Shown piece after piece: positions 19,605 to 29,438 of a DNA stretch of 64,000 nt. Source of the DNA: Bacteroidota bacterium (GTDB lineage Bacteria > Bacteroidota > Ignavibacteria > SZUA-365); contig JARYLZ010000001.1 in assembly GCA_029907355.1 (NCBI GenBank), positions 64,522-128,521 on the forward strand, written 5' to 3'. The notes under the pieces are model-generated. The model worked only from the letters and a program-made list of their open reading frames with translations, was not told the origin of the DNA and searched no databases. Position 1 is the first letter of the stretch, and each line of letters starts with the position of its first letter. Made by a program: the position numbers and the translations under genes.

Positions 19605-20161
19605 GATAACCTCATCCCCAGAATTCGTTCTTCTTCGGGTGGATTATAACACGATGAAACTATCAGGAACATAACGTTTTAGAAAGAAAGTATCCAGACA
19701 TCGCGTGTCGATGAAGAATGTAATCTTGTTTCGCCGAAATCTTTGAGAAACAAGTATTTCGAAGACAGGACATCTGGCGCATGAGCGGTTCTCTGCTTCT
19801 ACGTACATGTTGATTTTCATGGACGGACAATCACAGCAAATTACACGAATGGATCTCATTGTTCTGAATGATGCGAGCCCATCATCTCATCATAAAGTAT
19901 TAGTATTGACTTTTTGAAGAAATAGTGTAGGTTTATTTCACTTTCATATACCGCACCTGAATCAGAACCTTTGAAGAAAGGGAAATACTCTCGTGCAGAG
20001 AGAAATTCTCTTTTTCCCCTTTTTATGCCGAGGTTCATATGAAAATCTGTTGCTTGCATGTTCATTCATGGTTTTCCGCTTTCTTCGGCACATGAGTCTA
20101 TCGATATCAAGAGCCGCAGAAAATTTATTGCTGTCAGATAGAATTTTATGGAGGGGTTACC
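19605..20161. promoter_or_regulatory. AT-rich divergent intergenic region between the two giant surface-protein genes, presumed to hold promoters for both
   Basis: This is 557 nt with no credible ORF. Start codons flank it on opposite strands. A GGAGGGG RBS lies 6 nt before the ATG at 20162. Confidence 0.35.
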
Positions 20162-23100
20162 ATGCGTTGTCGGGACATTCTCATAGAAATCTCTTTTCTC
20201 CTAATCTGTTTCGCCACGGATTCATTTACCCAAATCGGGATAGCGGTTCAAATCGATCCATCACCATCCCCGTATATCTCCGACTGGCGTTCGAATCCGA
20301 ACACGGTTCGATTCATCGTCACGAACCCGACTTCGATGACGTACGAAGTACGTTTCGTTGGGTACATAGAAGGCGAACGGCGAGGCCGAATTGCTGAAAC
20401 CAAAATTGATGCTGCAATCCAACCCGTTATTATTCCACCTGGTACGTCGAGTTTCAATGGTGTCGATGCCCACCTCGTAGAAGAAGGGGTGGTTCGATAC
20501 ATCGGTTCCTCTCGGGCAGAAACCGAGCGCACGGGTCGTATCCCCGAAGACAGGTACCGTCTTTGCATTGAGATTGTCTCCTATAAGAATCCTCAACAAA
20601 AATTGTCTCCTGAAACCTGCACCTCTTTTGAGATCAAGATACTATCGCCGCCCTCTCTTATCTCTCCCGCCGATAAAACCAGCATTACTCTTCTCCCGAC
20701 ATTTCAATGGTCTGCCGTGCCTATGGGCATCGGTGTCTTCGCTTCCTACGAACTTACCGTCGTGCGCCTCGAACAAGGGCAAATGAATGTTGCCCATGCA
20801 ATGGAAACGAATGTTCCTTTCCTCCAACGTGAAACGACACTGCCTCTCTATACCTGCCTGCCCTCAGACCCACAATTCACAGCAGGAACCTACGCTTGGC
20901 GGGTACGCGCTTTCGATCCCAACAATCGCTACACATTCAACAATCAGGGGAAGAGCGAAATTTGGTCCTTCACGTATCGCGAAGATGTTCGGATAACCGG
21001 GACCGTTCCGAGAAGACCTTCCCCTTCGGCTGGACTTGATTTATCGAGGCCGAATTTTCTCTATACCGGACTGACACGTATTCGGGGCACACTGAAGGTG
21101 ACATTCCTAAAGGGAATGATTCCGCCGCCGAAAAGTATCATCATCCCCCCACCGGGTAAGGGACAATTACCCCTGCCTGATCATCCGACCCAGCAACAGC
21201 TTCCTCAACAACAGACTCAACCACAAGCAGGCACTCTCCAAGCTCAAGGGGTTTCACTCGCCGCTTCCCTGAGTAAACCCGCACAAGCCCTCGGTGGATT
21301 ACATCTCAAGCTGTATAAGTGTTATCAACCACATCCCACGACAGGTTGCTTCGATCAGGCCAGCTTTACAGTCAACGGCAAATTATACATGGGAAAAACC
21401 CTCGTCGCAACGACGGTCACTCAGGAAGATGGTTCGTTCGAGTTCACGTTCTTCGCTTCCGATTCGACAGGTCGTGTTGCGAAAAATACTTCTATCCGAT
21501 GCGGCTCATCTACTTCGGAGTTTAGCAGTATCATCACGGGGGATTTCTATGGATTTTACACAATCGAAGTGACAGACCCTCATCTCTGTAGCCCATCCGA
21601 CCGCTTTATCGTCCAGCCGCTCGAGAACGCCGACGTCGGAACACTGTACTCCCTAGTCCGGTGGTACACCGTTACTATTCGTACGAACCACTACGAAGTG
21701 AAAGCGGGATCGGAATCCGTCATATATCCATTGAGCGGGATAAAAGTCCGTGTCATGCGCGTTTCTCGCCCGTACGATATCCCCTCGAATGAGGGAGAAA
21801 TTTCCGAGCCATTGATGGGCTCGATGACGGTCATCGCGGAGGGTATCACCAATGCCATGGGCGAGGTGTCTTTCAAGTATTTGGTGAAAAGCGTTGGGCC
21901 AAATGACCGATACCTCCTACGCGCGGAAACCGCCGAAGGCTCGGAATATTACTATTATAGCGCCTTTGAAAGCTTTAGGAATTCGTTCCTCTTGGACGAG
22001 AAGGACGACGCCGGCAATGGACTGTTTTTCGATTATGCGGTGCTAAACGAGGATTACGATCCCACAAAAATGAAAGCGACAGAGATCGTGCCAATGATCC
22101 CGAAGCCCCCGCGAATTCTCGGGAGCGTATATCGAAAAGACAATCCTAACTCCCCGGTTGCTGGTGCATGCATACTTCTCTACCGTACAGTAGGGACAAC
22201 CAGGTATGTGGAACGTATTCAATGGACCGACGCATCAGGCAAATTCTGTTTCGAAAATATCGAACCGGCACAGGATACATCGCACACGAGCGACGTGTAT
22301 TATCAACTGAAAATCATCAAATCTGGCTTCAAGGGATTACTGTTCCCAGAGCGAAAAGAGGACGCCTATCGTCCTACGATCGGAAGGCAAAAAATCACTC
22401 CGAAAATTCTCCTCGAACCGGATATGATCGTGAGCGGAAAAATCGTCGATGAATTAGGAAGACCTGTGAAAGCGTGGGTGCAAATTGATGATGGTGAAAA
22501 AGTGCATACCGTGACGAAATTCGTCCCGAAACGGATATCGTCTCAGCCTACCGATATGAACATAGATGACAATGGCATCGTGCGGTGTATACGGAAAATC
22601 CAGGGAACCCAGCAACAAGAACTGCACATCACATATACTGCACCGCGCGCTGCCCTCACTCAAAAATCAAGATTTCGGTTGACTGCTTCCGGCATACTCG
22701 TTGACACGGAAGAGGAATTCCGCTCCGCTTATGCCCCGCAACCGAATAAGGAAGCACGCGTGATTATCACGCCGGATGACCTCGCCACGTGGTTCCCTGA
22801 AACGTTGCGCGTTTGCTGCGGCGGTATGGCATATTTCGGGGAATTTGTCGTTTCCCTCAAACTCCGTCGTCTGGCAGTAGTGGCAGTCAAGATGCATTCA
22901 GAGCCGCCGACTCGGCAGCGTACGGAAGGGGGCCTCCAGACAGGCGGAGAACGCACGAGAACTAAGATCACCTCTCAATACATGCAGCAAATCACTAGCC
23001 AGACTATGGCCGGTGGCGGGTTACGCCAGGCTCTCCTGTTCACCGGTGGCGTGATGCAACTCATTCAGCCTGAACTGTTATTCCTTCCTACGGAGATCGT

Positions 23101-26035
23101 GAAGGATGCCGTCATCAGGGTCAACGGGATGGAACCGGACTCCATCGACAATGAGGGTGTACATTATTTCGCATGGCAATCTATAGGAGCGAACACGGAA
23201 ATCCATGTGGAAGGCCCGCCGGGCTCGAATTTCGTCCCGAGAGATATTACGGGGATTTCCACACCCGTCAGCCGCACATGGACACTCTACCCGGCACTTT
23301 TATCTCAGGGGGGAAAATTAGCCGGAACAGTTCGCGTGGGTAGCGTTCCAATCCCTAATGCACGTGTCATGCTCTTCGATAATCCATCCGATCCCACTCC
23401 ACTTCAGACAACAACAAACAGCGAAGGAAAATATGAACTTCCGGGTGTACCACTCGGTCTGCACACTTTCCGGGCGACGAAATCGAGCAGCCAATACATC
23501 GGTGACACAGTTTCCACCATCGTGAAAACGTCAGAAACCACGATGTTGGATTTCCAGCTTACCCTTTACAATGACATGGATATTACACATCTCCTCGGTT
23601 TTCCAATCGAGGTGAGCGCGTTGGACTCGTCAATGGGATCCATTCGGATTTCTGGGAATTTCTGCAATCTGCCGGCCAACGCCCATTTTTCTGTCGACAC
23701 AGCGAAGACGATCCTCCACTTCTCCGATATCGTGATCATACCTTCGACAGAAACGAATGTAAACGGTATCCCCCTTGCTCAGCCGTCGTCGATTCCACTG
23801 ATCACGGATGTCAACACGTTCGGAGTGAAAGCGTTTGGGCTCTTCAAGGCTAACCAATTCGACCCCATGAACGGGGTACGTGTTTCACTGGCAGAAGGAC
23901 GCGGAGAAATAACTGGCACTATCCGAATAGACCCGGCATCATTCACCGTCAGTCCCGGCTCGATTGATTTTGACCAGTCCTGGTTATACCTCGCTCCACC
24001 GCAACCGGAAGGGCCGCTCACACTCTCATCGATAACGTCCGATGCTTCGGTACCCCTTGCAATCCCCCATGGCTACCGTGTCGTGAATGAAAGTGGGCAA
24101 GGTCTCGAATATACTCTCTACGATTTCCCTGCACGTGGTGATCCTGTACTCTCATACCTTCTCGACGATACCCTTTCTCTGCGGACGACGGTCCACACGG
24201 ATATCATCGGAACGGTGAACCCTGATCTGGCAATCGATCTCGGTAACCTTCGAATTCACCATGCTTCTATCGAACCGATTTTATCGACAAAGGTTACGAC
24301 AATCGGTCTTGAGGGAGAATGGAAACTCATCGCGAAATCATGGCGGATAGACAATAATGGGTTTACACTTGACAGTGGTTACGTTGACACTGGGCCGATA
24401 TATATCCGATTTACTGGCATAAAAGTATTTCCCGATCACTTGGATTTCGGGGTATTCAATCTCACGGAACTCCCCCTAGCGGGGATTACCACGATGACGG
24501 TCACAGGGAAGGCTGTTTTCGGTATCGACGGCGGTGTGGGGAGCTGGGCACTGTCTGTCGTACCTCAGACGGGGGAAGATATTTGCGGCTGGGCGAATGC
24601 TCTCCCAGGAATGGCTTCCAACGACAAGATCCGATTCAATAATTTCTTTATCCGCGCGAATGACTCGAAAGGATTCACCCTAGCGGGAGGGAACCAAGTT
24701 ACCTTCCATAAGGTAGCGAAATGGAATCTCAACCATTTCTACGTCGCACCCAATCTCATTCAGTTGTCGGGCAATCTCGACCTCCAGATCCCGAATTTCC
24801 CCCCATTCAATTACCCGGTCTCCTACTCGATCATTGACAATGAATTGAAATGCGTGATTGTCCCGATCGATCAAACGATTGCCGTGAACGGCGTCGAGAT
24901 TGTATTCATCGCAAGCGGAACGAACCCGCAATACTGGGATAACACCGGTTTTCACAGCAGCGTTTACGTTCAGGAGCAAGGCGCCTTCCGCTTACGGAGC
25001 ATGCTTCACCGGACATTGCAGAAAACCAATATCATCGTCAACCAGGGCGAGGAAACATACATTGGGGACGATCACACGGCGAAATTCACGAACGTGACGG
25101 GGGAAATGCTCGTCGAAAATGACGAATGGACGCTGTTCTGGTATGAAGGCGACCTTCAGAATTCGAACCAAGGGGGTCGCATCCATTTCGTTGTCGAAGG
25201 GGAGATTGTCGCGAACAACCAAGAGATCGGTGTCGACAAAATCGAAACACCCTTCGGTGATATCCGCATCGTGTACAATTTCCAGAAGCAACGCCTCGAG
25301 GGGAATCTCGATATCGACTGCGACCTCGGGGGAACGAAAGTCAAAGGCGGCGGAAATCTTCTCATCAGCGGGACGGGCAAAGGATGGTACTTCCGATTCT
25401 ACATCACGTTCAAACTACCTACACCCACCGTTGAGGGTTCTGCAGTGTTCATTTGCGGGAATTGGCAGATGGAACAAGAGCAGTTGGATGATTTCGCACA
25501 ATATTCCTACAAGAACAAACCGCTCCCGGCACAGTTCCACAACCTCCGCGGTTTCTTTTTCGAAGGGACCGTTATGGTCCAGCCATCGGTTTTTTGCCCG
25601 AATTTCGAGTTCAACTTCATTCTCGTCTCTGCCTATATGGAATGCATGGTCGGTGCGAACGCTCGGTTCGGAATGAACTTCGGACCTGAGTATACAACCT
25701 TTTTCATCGCCATAAGAGGGATCATTCATCTCGAAGCCGGGGTTGGACTCTCCGTCGTTGTCTTCTGCGCAGGTTTAACCCTCGGCATCGACATCGAACC
25801 GAACATCGAAGGAGTTTTCCAAACAAATGGGGATTGGTACGTAAAAGGGCAACTGCCGATTATCATTTACGGATCATGCTACTGCGGAGGAGGTTTCTGT
25901 GACAGTCAATGCGAAGGAGATCTTTGCGTGAAGGAGGAGGCGAGCGGGAGTATCGAAATGGGCGCCGAAGCGTATTATGGTTCGAAGGATGGAAAGGATG
26001 AGCAATACTTTAAATTTTACTTCAAGAGCGAATAA
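20162..26035 (+). CDS. giant secreted hypothetical protein (1957 aa) with N-terminal two-domain module, Pro/Gln-rich linker, carboxypeptidase-regulatory-like beta-sandwich domains and Cys-rich C-terminus
   Basis: Signal peptide and strong RBS. Residues about 40-285 form a module that is duplicated in the downstream 314-aa gene. The linker reads PPPKSIIIPPPGKGQLPLPDHPTQQQLPQQQTQPQ. Segments such as GSVYRKDNPNSPVAGACILLYR...DASGKFCFENIEP and GTVRVGSVPIPNARVMLFDN...NSEGKYELPGVPLG look like CarboxypepD_reg-like folds. The C-terminus contains CYCGGGFCDSQCEGDLC. I see no T9SS CTD. Confidence 0.85.
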   Translation: MRCRDILIEISFLLICFATDSFTQIGIAVQIDPSPSPYISDWRSNPNTVRFIVTNPTSMTYEVRFVGYIEGERRGRIAETKIDAAIQPVIIPPGTSSFNGVDAHLVEEGVVRYIGSSRAETERTGRIPEDRYRLCIEIVSYKNPQQKLSPETCTSFEIKILSPPSLISPADKTSITLLPTFQWSAVPMGIGVFASYELTVVRLEQGQMNVAHAMETNVPFLQRETTLPLYTCLPSDPQFTAGTYAWRVRAFDPNNRYTFNNQGKSEIWSFTYREDVRITGTVPRRPSPSAGLDLSRPNFLYTGLTRIRGTLKVTFLKGMIPPPKSIIIPPPGKGQLPLPDHPTQQQLPQQQTQPQAGTLQAQGVSLAASLSKPAQALGGLHLKLYKCYQPHPTTGCFDQASFTVNGKLYMGKTLVATTVTQEDGSFEFTFFASDSTGRVAKNTSIRCGSSTSEFSSIITGDFYGFYTIEVTDPHLCSPSDRFIVQPLENADVGTLYSLVRWYTVTIRTNHYEVKAGSESVIYPLSGIKVRVMRVSRPYDIPSNEGEISEPLMGSMTVIAEGITNAMGEVSFKYLVKSVGPNDRYLLRAETAEGSEYYYYSAFESFRNSFLLDEKDDAGNGLFFDYAVLNEDYDPTKMKATEIVPMIPKPPRILGSVYRKDNPNSPVAGACILLYRTVGTTRYVERIQWTDASGKFCFENIEPAQDTSHTSDVYYQLKIIKSGFKGLLFPERKEDAYRPTIGRQKITPKILLEPDMIVSGKIVDELGRPVKAWVQIDDGEKVHTVTKFVPKRISSQPTDMNIDDNGIVRCIRKIQGTQQQELHITYTAPRAALTQKSRFRLTASGILVDTEEEFRSAYAPQPNKEARVIITPDDLATWFPETLRVCCGGMAYFGEFVVSLKLRRLAVVAVKMHSEPPTRQRTEGGLQTGGERTRTKITSQYMQQITSQTMAGGGLRQALLFTGGVMQLIQPELLFLPTEIVKDAVIRVNGMEPDSIDNEGVHYFAWQSIGANTEIHVEGPPGSNFVPRDITGISTPVSRTWTLYPALLSQGGKLAGTVRVGSVPIPNARVMLFDNPSDPTPLQTTTNSEGKYELPGVPLGLHTFRATKSSSQYIGDTVSTIVKTSETTMLDFQLTLYNDMDITHLLGFPIEVSALDSSMGSIRISGNFCNLPANAHFSVDTAKTILHFSDIVIIPSTETNVNGIPLAQPSSIPLITDVNTFGVKAFGLFKANQFDPMNGVRVSLAEGRGEITGTIRIDPASFTVSPGSIDFDQSWLYLAPPQPEGPLTLSSITSDASVPLAIPHGYRVVNESGQGLEYTLYDFPARGDPVLSYLLDDTLSLRTTVHTDIIGTVNPDLAIDLGNLRIHHASIEPILSTKVTTIGLEGEWKLIAKSWRIDNNGFTLDSGYVDTGPIYIRFTGIKVFPDHLDFGVFNLTELPLAGITTMTVTGKAVFGIDGGVGSWALSVVPQTGEDICGWANALPGMASNDKIRFNNFFIRANDSKGFTLAGGNQVTFHKVAKWNLNHFYVAPNLIQLSGNLDLQIPNFPPFNYPVSYSIIDNELKCVIVPIDQTIAVNGVEIVFIASGTNPQYWDNTGFHSSVYVQEQGAFRLRSMLHRTLQKTNIIVNQGEETYIGDDHTAKFTNVTGEMLVENDEWTLFWYEGDLQNSNQGGRIHFVVEGEIVANNQEIGVDKIETPFGDIRIVYNFQKQRLEGNLDIDCDLGGTKVKGGGNLLISGTGKGWYFRFYITFKLPTPTVEGSAVFICGNWQMEQEQLDDFAQYSYKNKPLPAQFHNLRGFFFEGTVMVQPSVFCPNFEFNFILVSAYMECMVGANARFGMNFGPEYTTFFIAIRGIIHLEAGVGLSVVVFCAGLTLGIDIEPNIEGVFQTNGDWYVKGQLPIIIYGSCYCGGGFCDSQCEGDLCVKEEASGSIEMGAEAYYGSKDGKDEQYFKFYFKSE

Positions 26036-26131
26036 CTTTCATCCCGGTTTATCTCGGGTATAGATCTTCCCATTCGCCGCGAACAGCACCCGCTTAACAT
26101 CACAAATGTTCAATACCTCACACAAGAAATA

Positions 26132-27076
26132 ATGGTTCTCAAGACAAGGCCGAAAAACATGAACCGACGCATCCACATCCTCACTGTCGTCAGCATTTGG
26201 TCTTTCGTCATTACAACGGCGTCCGCGCAGCTCTCTCTCGTCGTGCAATTCGAACCCTTACCCTCTCCTTATATCTCCGATTGGCGCTCCCACCCTAACA
26301 CGATCCGATTCATTCTCACAAACCCAACAGGCACACCTGTTACCGGTCGGCTCAAAGCTTATATCGAAGGCGATATCCGAGGTCGTGTGGCGGAAACCAA
26401 ACTCAACGCGAAGATTCAACCGATCACTGTACCACCGGGGACATCGACTTTCAATGCTGTTGATGCTCGATTCATCGAAGAAGGCGCGATCCGTTATATC
26501 GGACCGACGAAAGATGAAACGAAAAGAACAGGTCGATTACCAGAAGACCATTTTCGCATTTGTGCACAGTTTGTCGCGTACCATGATCCATATTCTCCGC
26601 TCTCGAACGAATCCTGCGCGACGTTCGAAATCCATTTCCTCCTTCCTCCCTCGTTGATCACTCCCAGCGACACAGCCATTGTTCAATCTCTTCCAGTTTT
26701 CCAATGGTCATTCGTTCCCCTTTTTATGGGTGAATTCACGAAATACGAATTGAAAATCGTTGAACTGGAACCCGGTCAAAAGAACCCGCAAGACGCGATT
26801 TTAACGAACATTCCTCTTCTCGTACGTGAAACAGATTTGCCGATGTACGCTTATCTCCCTTCCGATCCACCTCTTGAAAAAGGGAAAACATACGCTTGGC
26901 GGGTTCAAGCATTTCATCCTGACTCGAGATTTGTATTCGCGAAGAGAGGTCTCAGCGAAACGTGGAGTTTCACCTACATGCCCACCATTCCCCCGTCTAT
27001 CAAAACAGAAGAGCAAACTGGCGGAAATACAGGTACCTCTGATGAAATATGGGAAAGAAAGCGTCCTTCAAATTAA
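26132..27076 (+). CDS. secreted hypothetical protein, standalone paralogue of the N-terminal module of the 1957-aa protein
   Basis: Signal peptide (TTASAQ). It aligns to the giant protein over about 280 aa: PSPYISDWRS.PNT.RFI.TNPT, AETK..A.IQP...PPGTS.FN.VDA, RYIG......TGR.PED, P.FQWS.VP, YAWRV.AF.P, and ETWSFTY all match. The C-terminal half of the module looks FN3-like. Confidence 0.8.
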   Translation: MVLKTRPKNMNRRIHILTVVSIWSFVITTASAQLSLVVQFEPLPSPYISDWRSHPNTIRFILTNPTGTPVTGRLKAYIEGDIRGRVAETKLNAKIQPITVPPGTSTFNAVDARFIEEGAIRYIGPTKDETKRTGRLPEDHFRICAQFVAYHDPYSPLSNESCATFEIHFLLPPSLITPSDTAIVQSLPVFQWSFVPLFMGEFTKYELKIVELEPGQKNPQDAILTNIPLLVRETDLPMYAYLPSDPPLEKGKTYAWRVQAFHPDSRFVFAKRGLSETWSFTYMPTIPPSIKTEEQTGGNTGTSDEIWERKRPSN

Positions 27077-27306
27077 CGTCCTCAATGATTTCTCCTTTCT
27101 CTGGGCTCGAATCAATTTTTGCAGTCACGCTATCTAAAAGAAATCCATTTTAGGGTCCGCGAGTACCTATCGGTGCATGGAAGCGCATAGAATCCATTCA
27201 TGAATAGACAGTCCTCTCCATCCGATAATAGAAAGACATCATAGCAGGAATGAAAATCCGCTGGATTCAACTCGTATAGGTAAATAGAACTTCTCGAAAG
27301 AAACGG

Positions 27307-29391
27307 ATGATGCATATGTATCCCTCAGAGATTTTCCCATTCTTGCGAATGATACCAATGAAGTCGCTCCCCTTTCATTCAATGTGGACGATTCTCTTCA
27401 TTCTGGCAATGCAGGTTCCTATCACACAATGCCAGCAACGCAAATCTGTTCACGCGGGGCCCCAAGGCATCTGGGTTGATCTCGGCGAATACGTTCTGCC
27501 GGCACGCATCGAAGGTAATGCCTGCCAATTTTACATCGTCGAACGAAAGGCGATCGGCGAGAATAGATGGGAAACCGTAGCAAAAGTCCAGGGTCCGACG
27601 TCACAACACGAATTCGAGAAAGCAGTCCAAGCACAGACATATCGATTCCCCGAGTTGCGCACGCTAACAATACAGTACTCCGAAATCTGGAAATCGCTTG
27701 AAAAAAAGAGAACTATTTCCTCTATCGGATTCCTCGGCCAGTCGCTCCCTATCCAAGCAGCCCTTGGAACTCGGTGGTACGATACAACGGCGGAGAAAGG
27801 GAAGGTCTACCATTACCAGGTGAGCCGAGTTGCTGAAGACGGAATGACAACAGACCGCGTGACGAGCGAACCTATCTCATATCCCCAGCCTGCAGCGACA
27901 CCACGACTCCTCGTGTATCGTCATTACTCGGATGCGTCCGCCGTCAACGTCGTCTGGACACCCGGGAAACAAAAGAACATCGGATCGTTCAAAATATACA
28001 GGCGAGAAGGTGTCAGTGGCCCATTCGAACATTTGCCCGTCAATGTTAAGGACACCTGCTGCATTGTCAGCGCAGGATTCATGTCACGAGGGGACAGCCT
28101 TTTCTGCACGATCATCGACCGGACGATAAAAACTGGAACTGTTTATCAATACTACATTAAGCCGATGGACATCTTTCAGAACGCGGGGATGGAAAGCGAC
28201 ACCGCGACGGTTTACTCATTCGATATGATCCATGTCCCTTTGCCGCAACAATTCCACATCCGCTCGATCGATTCCGTCGGTATCCAGATACGCTGGACTC
28301 TTTATGATACTAGCGCTGTCCATGGAGTGATCATCGAGCGAAGCAGGGATTTCGACACTGGTTATGTAGAACTTTTCACTGCATCACCACGTGATACGGC
28401 ATTCACTGACATAACCGTTACCCCGATGGAGCGCTATTATTACCGCCTCAAGATAGTCGGACCGGGGGGAATCGTCTCAGGGCAGAGCGCAAAAATCATG
28501 GGACATTTCCGCAGCAATATTGAACCGACACCCCCTGAGGGTATCCGAGCGGAAGGTATCCACGGCGGAATCCGCGTCTCATGGTTCTCTGACACAGAAC
28601 AACTTCTCGAAGGGTATTACGTGTACCGCTCGGAAGGCTTGATTGATACCATGGTGCAAATCTCCACACTTTTGCCTCCCGGCACGACACAATTCCTCGA
28701 TACACTCGGCATGCAGGCAGGCCGTATATATGCCTACTGCCTTCGGAGTGTAAGCTCAAGTCATATTCCCAGCGTACCGTCGGACACAGTTACCGCCCAA
28801 CCAATCATACCCATGGGAGTCTCCACACCTATGGGACTTGCCGCATACGCGGACGAGCATGCCATTCACCTGACGTGGCAAGGACAGAAGGAACGCGATC
28901 CCTCGTTGGACGGTTTCCGTGTTTATCGCCGTGAAGGGACAAGCCGTTGGAAGACTTTAAATAGCACGCTTCTACCCCCTCAGCAAAACTTTTTCGACGA
29001 TAATACCGCTGAGCCTGGGAAGAAATATTTCTACGCGGTACAGGCTTATTCGGTCGAAGGCGATAGCAGTAGCTGGAGTATGATCGCGAGTACAATAATC
29101 CCACTGCCTCGCCTATATCCACCTGGGAACCTTACTGCGAAAGTCGAGAAGAACAATATTCGATTGTCTTGGGATGAAATTGTTCAACCGAATGCAACGG
29201 GATTCAAAGTATACAAGTACACTAGGGGTTCTAAACCACATCCTATAGCGACGCTTCCCTTAACCCAACGGGAGTACGTCGATATGAATCCTGGATCGGG
29301 ATCCCCCATTTTCTATTTCGTCACGACAATTGGGAAATACGACACGGAAAGCGCAGGTGGGAATGAAATTTCAATACGACGAATGCCGTGA
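27307..29391 (+). CDS. secreted protein with about 6-7 tandem FN3-like domains
   Basis: The probable start is the internal Met at about 27346 (MIPMKSLPFHSMWTILFILAMQVPITQC is a signal peptide). The recurring pattern is W......GF.VYR.EG......L and YYY..AV.-type beta-sandwich signatures. Confidence 0.8.
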   Translation: MMHMYPSEIFPFLRMIPMKSLPFHSMWTILFILAMQVPITQCQQRKSVHAGPQGIWVDLGEYVLPARIEGNACQFYIVERKAIGENRWETVAKVQGPTSQHEFEKAVQAQTYRFPELRTLTIQYSEIWKSLEKKRTISSIGFLGQSLPIQAALGTRWYDTTAEKGKVYHYQVSRVAEDGMTTDRVTSEPISYPQPAATPRLLVYRHYSDASAVNVVWTPGKQKNIGSFKIYRREGVSGPFEHLPVNVKDTCCIVSAGFMSRGDSLFCTIIDRTIKTGTVYQYYIKPMDIFQNAGMESDTATVYSFDMIHVPLPQQFHIRSIDSVGIQIRWTLYDTSAVHGVIIERSRDFDTGYVELFTASPRDTAFTDITVTPMERYYYRLKIVGPGGIVSGQSAKIMGHFRSNIEPTPPEGIRAEGIHGGIRVSWFSDTEQLLEGYYVYRSEGLIDTMVQISTLLPPGTTQFLDTLGMQAGRIYAYCLRSVSSSHIPSVPSDTVTAQPIIPMGVSTPMGLAAYADEHAIHLTWQGQKERDPSLDGFRVYRREGTSRWKTLNSTLLPPQQNFFDDNTAEPGKKYFYAVQAYSVEGDSSSWSMIASTIIPLPRLYPPGNLTAKVEKNNIRLSWDEIVQPNATGFKVYKYTRGSKPHPIATLPLTQREYVDMNPGSGSPIFYFVTTIGKYDTESAGGNEISIRRMP

Positions 29392-29438
29392 CATGCTGGA
29401 CGTCCAGGCGAGGGAGAGAACATGCTATCGCTAACTTT

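Noticed and set aside
29396-29407. Perfect 12-bp palindrome CTGGACGTCCAG between the convergent FN3 gene and smc
   Set aside because: It is too short and has no loop to call a terminator. It may be a chance or restriction-type palindrome.
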